Shown piece after piece: positions 53,695 to 64,000 of a DNA stretch of 64,000 nt. Below the pieces are notes generated by a model. That model had not been told where the DNA came from and did not search any database. It worked only from the letters and a program-made list of their open reading frames with translations. The stretch comes from Sphagnum compactum (lineage: Eukaryota). The stretch spans positions 4,278,001-4,342,000 of the forward strand of contig OZ234494.1 in NCBI GenBank assembly GCA_965153455.1, written 5' to 3'. The translations under genes and the position numbers were made by a program. Numbering within the stretch: position 1 is the first letter of the stretch; each line of letters opens with the position of its first letter.

Positions 53695-55997
53695 TGGTGG
53701 GGGAAGTTCACATCTTTGCTAACAAAAATATGTTTAACATTGTACCAGAGCAGCTTCAACACGTGTGCTGAATACGTAAACAATTCAAATTTGAAGAAGA
53801 TTCCAATCTGAAAATAGCAATTTGAAAATAGAATGTTTCACATGATTCTCTAATTTCCTTGGCAAAATTTTGTTTCTTTGATATGTTTACTTGTTTTGAA
53901 AATTTCACCATTATAAAAACATTTATTTTTAGAAATTATCCTTAAGATAGTGAAACAATTTTTTTGTGAAAATATGAAGCTCAGGTGTTGGAAACCATCA
54001 TAATTATTGCAGGTTAAAAATCTGAATAATGTCACTCCTCATTATGACAATATCATAGAACATCATGGAAAAAGAAATTTTCAAATTTATAAAAACGAGT
54101 TTTCAAAAAAATATATAATTATTCAGTTTGTTGTTGGTCAATGTGGAGTCTGCCCCTTGGCTATGTCTTGGGGTACCCTAATTACTAGTGAGGTACAAGT
54201 TGAACTCAAGTCAATTTGAGCCCACAAAATTGATAGAAAAGCACAAAACTGATTTTTTAAAAAAAAATTCAACTCCAAAAAAGGAAAAATAATTACAAAT
54301 TTATAAAGAAAGTTTTTGGAATTTCAACTTGTATCTAGAGACGTGAACTGAATCTAAATCCTGAAATCCTGAATTATATGCATCAGCAAAAGGCTGTAAA
54401 TATTCAATATAATTAATCTGGGCAGGTCTAAAATCTGATGAGAGGTGAGATATTAAATTCTGATTTTCTAAATGGTTGTAAATAATTGTAAGCTGACAGT
54501 TATAAAAAGAAATCACCAGACCAGTGGTCTTTTTTTGTTTCAGTGTTTTATTTTGCAAAAGTGGCAAAGTTTTGCTGCATTTTTATTTTCTTTTAGTGAA
54601 AACCCGCAATTTTCCAAAACTTTGTCCACAAAATGACTAAATAGTGAAAATCGGTCACCAAAACATGCACTGCCATTCTTGAATTTAACCTTGTACAAAG
54701 GGAGATAATAAGCATTTATTATATGAACCACATTTAGACTTCCTTCTCATAATATTATTAAGAAGTTAATAACCCTTGAAATTCTGTTAGAATTATCAAA
54801 GATTTTCTTAAAGTAAATCTTTCAAAGGTTAAATATGTTAATATTTCAAATATGCATATTTTAATAGGTTAAAAATTACTGCCAACAGTGAACATTAAAA
54901 TTTAGGGCATTGTAAACCTAAAAAATATGGAGTCAGAAAAGTACTTTACTTCCCTGGTATTTGAGCAGCATTTATAGTTACATATCGTACTTGTCACTGT
55001 GCTTCGTACTTTGTCACTATGCTTCGACATTAAATAATTCTCAAAATGAAAAATGGAAAAGACAAAAAACACTACATGAACGTCACCATGGATATATATG
55101 AGAACGTCACGAAAGCGTCATGTAAATTTTTTTGTGTTCCAAATTCTTTGTTGTTAAAAAAATCTTCAATAATTCGAAAGAAAAAAAGTTTTCATGAATA
55201 TTTTGTCACTGTTTTACGGAACTTTTAGTTTTGTGGAGTATTTATTTTGTCATTGTTCTACAGTTTGAATATATGTTGTTGAACGCGTTATCAATGAATG
55301 CAAGATCTTCCTAGGGATGCTTGTCAATTGATGTTAGTTACCTCAAAACATTGCAAAACAAAAACCCTATCCCCAACATTCTTGCATTAGTCTCTTCCAA
55401 CTTGTAAGATTATTCTTACATAAAAAAGAGAAGGAAAAAATAGATCCCTATGGTTCCTTTTTAGAGAAGAACGGCTCAACAAGGGTCCCTTCTTACTTCC
55501 TAGGTGCTGCCAAGACCGCCAAGCTGCTTAGGGCAGGCCGCTGTTGAGAAAGGAGGAATTCAATTTGGGGCCCTTCTGTACAGAATAAAGAGATTGCACA
55601 AAAGTTTGAGTATTATTTGCGGGCCACCTTTTTCAGTGGAATCTTTCCTCTGTGAAAGACAAGCTATTCAGCTTTCAAAACACTTCTCATTTCTTTTCTG
55701 CGGCAATACTTATATTCTAACGTGACGATTTTGAAAAGAAATTCCTTATAATGGGGGGACTTTGGGCCATTTAAAAGAATAGAAAATCCTTTGTAGCTCT
55801 TGCACTGGCTTTGTTTTTTTCAATAGCTAGAAAGTAGGGTTCTTGTTGCAGGTGAGAAGACGAAAGTGACAAAAAATTGATCTCCAGTTTCGTGTAACGT
55901 GCATGATGCTCATCATCTCGATCCCCACCAATTACTCCCTGTCATGCCGACGCACAAAGAAGATCAGAAAAAGAAGGTGGTCGTTCAGTCTGAAGTC

Positions 55998-56537
55998 TGT
56001 CGAGGACGCACACCAACGCGGTTCAGCATAATAATCTCTCTCACTGTTTTCTTGTCAGTCGAGGACATACAACGGTTTAGCATAGTTTCTTTAACTGTTT
56101 TTTTGTCGCCGTTTCCGGTTTTGTTTATCATCTCCAGAGAAATAAGAACTGTAGAACGAAGAAACGATAACCAAACCTGATGAACCTCGCACACCAGAAA
56201 GATCCGAAAAACGAGAAGGTCAGTCGAGGATAGACCACAGTTTGGCATATCTATCTGATTGTTCTTTTGTCGCTGTTTTCGGTTTTGTTTATCATCTCCA
56301 GAGAAAAAGAACTGTGGAACGAAGAAACGAATAGCAAATCTGATGAACCTGTACAACGGAAGAAGACCCAAAAAGGACAAGGTCAGTCAGTCGAGGAGAC
56401 ACACCAACACGGTTCAGCATAATAATCTCTCTCACTGTTTTCTTGTCGCTTTTTTCGGCTTTGTTTTTTCATCATCTCCAGAGAAAAAAGGAAAGGTAGA
56501 AGGAAGAAACGAAAAGCAAATCTGATGAACCTCGCAC
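55998..56537. repeat. ~165-bp tandem repeat, 3 copies plus a partial, just upstream of the HAK start codon
   Basis: tcagtcgagga...atcatctccagagaaa...gaagaaacga...ctgatgaacct recurs at ~56055, 56220 and 56387. The stretch 55998-56056 matches 56390-56447. Confidence 0.88.
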
Positions 56538-56709
56538 CTTGTAGTTGTCAGAGCAAAATATCGGCAGAATAAACAGCAAACATTCCCCCTCTCTTTGTCT
56601 CCAGAAACAAAGATCGGGATATTACAAACTGCAAGCAAACATACCGCTGTTATTCCGCAAAGGAAACACGGAGAATAAGCAATCCGGCAAGCTCCGAGGG
56701 CCGTGAGCA

Positions 56710-59700
56710 ATGGCTGGATCTAATGGCGACTATGACGACCGGGGCGGCCAAGGTCGCGGCCAAGGGAGGATGCGGAACCTGGACCGAACTTTGGACCAGC
56801 CGCTCGGCTTGGAAGCCGAGCGCGTGAGCAGTATGCGTAACCAGAAGGTGAGCTCCTCTTACGCGAAAATCATATGGAATCGATTGTCTTGGCTGTCGAC
56901 TGGTTGCGCATGATTTGAAACCAATTAAAACTGAATCTTGTGCAGGTATTGCCAGCAGCAGTGACCTTGCATCTAGCTTTCCAGAGTTTGGGGATAGCGT
57001 ATGGAGACTTGGGCGCATCTCCACTGTACGTGTTCCGAAGCACATTTCCTCAAGGCATCACAAACAAGCAGGATGTGATTGGAGCGCTCTCTCTTATCAT
57101 CTACACCGTCACCTTCATTCCTCTCATCAAGTACATGTTTATTGTTTTGAAGGCCGATGACAATGGTGAAGGTATTATATTCAACTCATCATCCGAGCTT
57201 CCATTTCTGGGTGATTGATAAATTTGGTCTTTTGTGTGGCTTCTTTGCATTATGGAGGTGTTGATTCGAACTTGTTCTCTTCTTCTTCATGTTCAATCCC
57301 TGCCCTCATGGGGAAGGGACTTTGTGCATGGTAGGATTTGGACTTCATATGTGTAGAAGTTTGTAGTTTTTGCACACTTGGATGTCTGTGTGTCTAAAAT
57401 TATAAGTAGGATAAAAGATTTCACACAAGCATACTGTGCGTTGTAGGGGGAACATTTGCATTGTACTCATTGCTCTGTCGACATTGCAATATAAGTTCAT
57501 TACCAAATCGGCATCCGACAGATGAGGAACTATCCACATTTGTTGTGGACCGTCAGCACCCAAAGACTTACCTGCAGAAGAAACTGGAGGGTAGCCATGT
57601 TCTGCAAAGACTTCTCTTGGGGCTAGTTCTTGTTGGCACTTCCATGGTGATTGGTGATGGCATATTAACCCCTGCGATTTCAGGTGTTCCAGTAGACTTT
57701 CAAAGCTTATATTTATATTCATCCTTGTCAGTCACTACAGTGGTATTTCTTTGCATATTCTTCTTCCATTTGATGATTGTTGCACTGGGTGACTTGTAGT
57801 TACCTCAAAAGTGTGGTGATGTTTTATGCAGTTCTATCAGCAGTAAGTGGAATCAAAGAGGCATCAAGTTCTTTGAATGATAGTAAGCACTGCTTACCAA
57901 GCTGATTATGTCTGGAATTTCTGTGCAAACTGTTTGGCTCTTGTGCTATGGAATATATGTGAGCTGGATGGGACTGTTGACTGAATCGCCTCAGTTCTCT
58001 TTTTTGGCAGATGTGGTGACAATCGTATCTTTGGTGATCATAGTCAGTTTGTTCAGCATGCAGTGTTTTGGTACAGCGAGGGTAGGGTTTTTTTTTGCTC
58101 CAGTTTTTCTGCTGTGGTTTGTTTGTATTGCACTTATTGGAATCTACAACATCACCCAGAATGACAAAGGCATATTTCAAGCTTTTTCTCCTCTTCAGAT
58201 TTTTTACTTTTTCAAGAGAAACAAGAGGGCAGGATGGGAACATCTTGGAGGTGTTGTGCTTTGCATAACAGGCAAGCAGCATCTCATCATTCAAACATTC
58301 AGGCACTTATATCCTTTGTAAATGACATTTTAGGGCATCGTCTAATGTTCCATTTGTTCACCTGGAATGGTGTGGCTCAATGTTTGATATGCAATTCAGA
58401 CATCTTGTTGCTGCTTTCTAATGGCAGGAAGATCTCAGTGAAATGGCAATGGAGCCATTGAATTGAGTGGTGTTTTATGCTCTGTTGCTCAAATGTACTG
58501 CAGGGACTGAAGCGTTGTTTGCTGATTTGGGCCATTTCACTTACAGATCTATTCAGGTAAAGAATGCAGCCAAGCTGTAAATTTTCCTGGGACTCTGGTG
58601 ATCCCCCTGATGGGTTAGTATGAAAGTGACAGGGTGTTATTCTTGGTGATGCTGATGGTGCTCCTCTTGTTGTTGCAGATTGCCTTCTCAACAGTTGTTT
58701 ATCCCTCGCTCTTGCTAGCTTATCTTGGTCAGGCTGCATTTCTTCTAAATTATCCTGAACATTCGGACAACCCATTTTACAAATCACTTCCAGGCAAGTG
58801 ATCTCATCTCTATCTCTCTGGATTGTTCTCTGTCAATGCATGCATCATTGCCAAGGTCATAAGCCTACTGCTAGGTTCCATTCCATGATATGTCACCTTT
58901 TGACAAGTCAGGTAGGATCAGGATGGTACTATCACAGGCTGTCTCACAAAGAAATCTACATGGAGTTAGCTTCTCCCATGTGTCAGGGCTTGTGAGGGAG
59001 CTTGGAAGATATGGAACAAGAGCCTCATGGTGTGCAGTCATATTGTAGAAGATGGGTATTGGGTTTGACTGAGCAAAGATGGCATTTCATAATGTGTCAG
59101 GTTTTCCTGTTCTAGAGGCTGTGAGTAGCAAAACTGTAGGTAGGGAATCACAGATAACCTTCATCTCTCATCCCTGTCAAATAATATGCAGAGATGGTGC
59201 TTGTTGTTTGAAGCTGTAAAGCGTAATAAATATTTTTCTATGTCTAGAGTGAGACATATAATAGGCAGTTGATCTCTTGATAACTTTTCAGTGATCCTTA
59301 GGCTGTCCAAGTCTTGATGACAGTTAGTGGACTTGCTTTGTTCAGTTAAACTTTACTGGCCCATGTTTGTCCTGGCAACTTTAGCGGCCATTATTGCAAG
59401 TCAGGCGATAATTTCTGCCACATTCTCAATTGTGAAACAGTCCATTGCTCTGGGCTGTTTCCCGCGTGTAAAGATCGTGCACACTTCAGATCAATTCCAG
59501 GGCCAGATTTACATTCCTGAAATCAACTGGCTTCTTATGATTCTCTGCCTTGTCATCACTGCGGGGTTCAGAGACACCAGACAAATCGGCAATGCTTACG
59601 GTATTTTATCTCATCTTTGTTTGTTTGATCATTCTGATTTTATTTTTGCTACTGGAAAAAATGTATATGTAGAGCATACTGTATACACATCAAAATTTTG

Positions 59701-60873
59701 TAAACATAGTTAGTCAGTATGCTTTTTTAACATTACATTCAGATAGCTAAACTATTTGTTGCTCTTTGTACAGGAATTGCAGTGGTTGCAGTGATGCTGG
59801 TGACAACATATCTCATGACACTTGTAATACTCATGGTGTGGCACAAGCCTCTCATTGTGGGCTTGGTGTTTCTGCTGCTGTTTGGATCAGTTGAATCCGT
59901 CTATGTCTCATCAGTTTTATTCAAGGTGAAGCAAGGGGGATGGGTTCCACTTGTTATAGCAGTTGCCTTTGGCAGCATCATGTATGTGTGGAACTATGGG
60001 ACTCTTAAACGCTTCGAGTATGAAATTCAGAACAAGGTATCTGTGGGATGGTTGTTGGGACTGGGTCCAAGCCTTGGCTTGGTACGTGTGCCTGGCATTG
60101 GACTTGTATACACAGATCTCGCCCATGGGGTTACGCCCCTCTTCTCACACTTCATTACCCACCTTCCAGCAATTCACTCCACTGTTGTCTTTGTTTGTAT
60201 CAAATACTTGCCTGTCAGCACGGTTCCACAGGAGGAGCGTTTCCTTACTCGCCGTATTGGTACCAAGGCTTACTCCATGTATCGATGCGCTGCAAGGTAT
60301 GGCTATAGAGACTTGCATAAGAAGGATGATGATTTTGAGTACCTGCTGTTCCAAAGTTTGATAAGATTCAATGAACTTGAAGCACTGCAAAATTCTTTTG
60401 GTGCTGATTCCATGGCTTCCAGTTGGACACCAGAAGAGAGAAGTGTCTCATCTCTGCCAGCTCTGGAGATGGTCCCAGTCATGGGGAACTCAATGTTGCA
60501 GGGTGATGGTTTGGAGAAGAATTCAGCATATGCTGATTCTTCAATACAACCCCCAAGTATGTCTGAAGGTTTCTCCCAAGAGATTAGTGCAGCAACTGAG
60601 CATCAAGGTGCACATTTTCAAACAAGCCCCATTACTACTTGTGAACAAGATATACACAATGAGCTCAGATCCTTGATGAGGGCTAAAGATGCAGGAGTGA
60701 CTTACCTTATTGGTGACACTGTTGTGAAAGCAAGAAGGGATGCACACTATTTGAAGAAGCTTGCAATTAATCATGCATATACATTCCTGCGACAGACTTG
60801 TCGTGAGAGCACTGTTGCTTTGAACATCCCTCATGAAAGCTTGTTGCAAGTGGGCATGATTTACTATGTATAA
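56710..60873 (+). CDS. HAK/KUP: KT/HAK/KUP potassium transporter, 9 exons, 811 aa (KUP10/11-like cluster)
   Basis: Exons 56710-56847, 56946-57171, 57447-57683, 57832-57882, 58011-58271, 58504-58556, 58679-58793, 59346-59600, 59774-60873. Motifs [94 protein letters not shown]. Confidence 0.96.
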
Positions 60874-61859
60874 TAACTTATTTCTTCCATTTCTCATACA
60901 TATAGATGGGAAATTTCAGCACCTGTGATTATTTTTTAAACTACTGCAAACATAAGGTTGAACAAGAATCAATCATTCTTGTCGTGCAGGAATGAATGTG
61001 CAGGAATATTCATTCTCTTGAGAAATTCTCATGAAGTCTTGTAGGAAGAAGCCACTTCTTGTAGCTAATGTGGAGGAGGTCTTTGTTTTGTAGTCAATAG
61101 TTTTGCAACTATAGAGTTATTTTCTCAAAGGCATAGATTAAATCGTCGATAGATACCACACCATTACACCAGTATTTTGTAGAATACATTGGCACAGACT
61201 TGAGAGGTGCCATCCAGTGTAGTACAATTCTCTCTTTTTCAAAGAAAGAACAAGTGGGTAAGGGTGGCAAACACAAAACAGTAGCAACAAGTTAAATGGG
61301 GCATTGTGTTTGACACATTTGCAGTACAATGCTCAACATGAAAAAAAATTTGGAATTTGTTTCAATGTACTTGCACAATGATTAATGGTGTAAATGTTTT
61401 TCTTACACAACAGTTTCAAAGAAAAAATGTGATGAAGTGATTTATTCCCTTCAATGCAAAGGTCTAGGGTTCAATATTTTTCCTAATTGTTTTTGTCAAC
61501 AAACAAAATGAATGAAAAATAATATTAAACATCTAAAAAAATATTTTAAGTTAGTTACCTTTAGGAAGCAACTTTTTCGAGGAAAAGAAAATTTAAATCC
61601 CAAGCAAGTTGCCTTAGTGAACAATGTAAGTTCCTGGGAGCAAAATGAAGTTTTCAAGGAACAAATGATGGACCTTAAAAAACAATTTACACAAGGAGTA
61701 AACAAAATTCCTTTACAAAAAAGACAATTTTTTCAGAGAGCAATGAATTTTCTCTGGTAAGGGCTCAAGTTCCCTGGGGAGAAAGGCATCTTCCCCAAAG
61801 AGCAATGAACTTTCCTTGAAGAAAAGCCCAAGTACCTTAGGGAAATATATGTTTTGAAT

Positions 61860-62360
61860 ATTTTTGTAATTAGAATCATCTCATGTTCGTTTTTATATCA
61901 GTTTGCAACCTATCATTGAAAAGGTCTTTAAAAGAGCTACAACTTTGTAGTTGGAAGCATTTCAATCAAAAATTTATGAAAAAATTGTGATTACACAAAG
62001 TTTCAAACACATTTATTCTCTGGGGAACATGATTGTTCCTAGAACAATTTAAGCTTCTCATCCATAGGGACATAGTTGTTCTCTAAGGAAAAGGACAATT
62101 GCCCCAAGGAAAGGCTTCAATGCCCCCAAAAAAACAAGGAAACATATGTGTTGAATCTTTTGCTATCAAAATCATCTCATATTCATTTTTCGTAATCAAA
62201 GTCATCTCATGTTCCCCTTAGAAAAAAACTATTTCCTCTTTGGGAAAGTCTTTAGAAGAGCTACAACTTTATAATTAAAAATATTTCAATTAAAATTCAT
62301 ATTGAGAACAATTATGATTACACAAAATTTTAAACACATTTATTTTCTAGGAAGATGATC
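61860..62360. repeat. Diverged duplication within a degenerate dispersed repeat
   Basis: aagagctacaacttt...atttcaat..aaa...tgattacacaaa..tt.aaacacattt at ~61932 and ~62256. Confidence 0.6.
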
Positions 62361-63083
62361 CCTCCCTCCCAGGGACAACTAAAAACCTTTTTATTTGAGG
62401 GACATGATTGCATATTATAATTGTGTAGAGCCCGATGCCTCGTTTAACTCGTTGCTACTATTTACTGTTTCTCGATTAGGGTTGAATTTTTGGACCCTTC
62501 ACTAATAATTTTCAAATGATCGATACTCACTTGTTCTTTGAAAATTTTCAAAAACCTGGATGAAAAAGGTTATTTTCTTTTGAAAATTCAAAATAAACCC
62601 AGAACTGGGGTTCTTTGATTTTGAACATTTTCAAAAACCTGAGATTGGAGGTTATAACTTGAAACAAAATTTTAAAAATGTCGGTTGCTGATGCCATCTT
62701 CCAAGGAATTATGGATTTCAATTTTTTTTTTGGGCCATACCAGATGCTAAACTGTTATGATGTGCAGCAACTTGGTGAAAACCTCAACACTAAAAAATAG
62801 AACTCTGCACTCTAATGCTCCATATTCGGAACAAGTACTTTCAACTTAAACAAACAAAAAGGAAAGATATTTAATTTGCTTAGTAAGCATCTTCAAAGAT
62901 CCAAACCCTCCTATTCACCTCTCCTATTAATTAGTTGACAAGTTTTTTTTTTTTTTTTTGTTGCAATGAGCCAATTTAAGGAATCTTTGACAAATCTATC
63001 TTTTAGAAATTGACCCACTAGACACAATTAGTTTTTACTTTGCTCGTTGTCTTTCTTTTCTTTTTTTTTAACAAAGAGTTTAC

Positions 63084-63330
63084 TTATTTTTCAAACATTT
63101 TAAAAATAAAAATATGATTTGCATCCACATGTCTTTTAAGAGAAGTTATTCCATTTGTCATATAATAAGAAATCAATCCTTTCCTCACTTGAGTTCTCGG
63201 ATTTATTCCTATTACAAGTTTTTGATGACAAAAGATACAACACATGATTTGTGTATTTTCAAGGTCAACTTCTGCATTATCATTGACACAATAAAAACTC
63301 CAACACAAATATAATCTTCCATGTGGTTTC
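63084..63330 (-). mobile_element. BED zinc-finger fragment of a decayed hAT-like transposase
   Basis: CWSFYC...CCIFC...NGITSLKRHVDANH matches the BED pattern W.FF...CxxC...G.T.L.RH...H. Confidence 0.65.
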
Positions 63331-64000
63331 TAGCTTATTCTTTGAGCATGTAACTTTTTAATATTTATCTTCATTTCTTCATTTCTTTTATTTTTTTGGA
63401 TACTTGCTTGTTTCTATTTGCACATTTACATTTTTTTTCATAATCCATCATTCATGTAGAGTTCAATCGTTTCATTATTTCCACTTACAACATTTTCATC
63501 TTTAAAAGATTGTTCCATTGACAATTTTCACAAGAGTATTTCTAGAATTAAGGCAACAACAAGATTTGCAAGCAATCTCTATTACCAAACAATTACCAAT
63601 ATTTTCATAAACAGAAAGGAGAGCAAAAATAAAACATTCACAAGGGTTTAGAATTCAAAAAATACTTTTACAAAAACAATGGGTTTAAAGGTTTTGAAAA
63701 AACATTTACAAACAATGGGGTTGAAGGTTAAGAAAGTAAAATAAAATCATTCACTTTTCTTTCATTAAGAGTACAAAAATGTATAATGGTACTTTTTTGG
63801 AAACATAGTATGGGTTAATGGATATCCTGCACATAAACAAACAAACAAAATTTAACATTTTTAAACAAACGTATTACAAGAATTTTTTAAAAACTAGAAA
63901 AAAAATAAAAATAAATCTAAGACCAAAAACTATTTGGAGACAGAAAACAAAACACAAAAAAAAAAATCACAAAAAAAAAAACTTACCTTTTCTTTGGTTG

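Noticed and set aside
56160-56530. CTGATGA and GAAAC words in the 165-bp repeats read as hammerhead ribozymes
   Set aside because: The required stems I and III cannot be formed, and no GAAA follows the possible stem II.

Overview
AT-rich eukaryotic nuclear DNA from a land plant. Gene style and dispersed repeats suggest a moss such as Sphagnum; this is an inference, not verified. Four intact protein-coding genes can be reconstructed by hand: (1) an intronless MAP kinase kinase (+, 7533-8588); (2) a 19-exon YAK1/DYRK kinase (-, 25857-12538); (3) a 3-exon uncharacterised protein with a signal peptide, glycine-zipper helices and C-terminal GDEL (-, 36364-34670); (4) a 9-exon KT/HAK/KUP potassium transporter (+, 56710-60873). 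The most unusual object is a ~2.5 kb decayed, 5'-truncated Penelope-like retroelement inside YAK1 intron 15. Its RT motifs match the Naiad/Chlamys (N-terminal endonuclease) clade, and its structured 3' end contains a candidate degenerate hammerhead ribozyme. That same intron is bounded by a 12-bp direct repeat containing CAG|GT, suggesting intron gain by duplication. Three GC-AG introns occur among 28 coding introns. The intergenic DNA holds MITEs, a mini-Helitron, remnants of copia, RLE non-LTR, hAT and CACTA-like elements, minisatellites and long palindromes. All family assignments rest on recalled motifs; no database searches were run.
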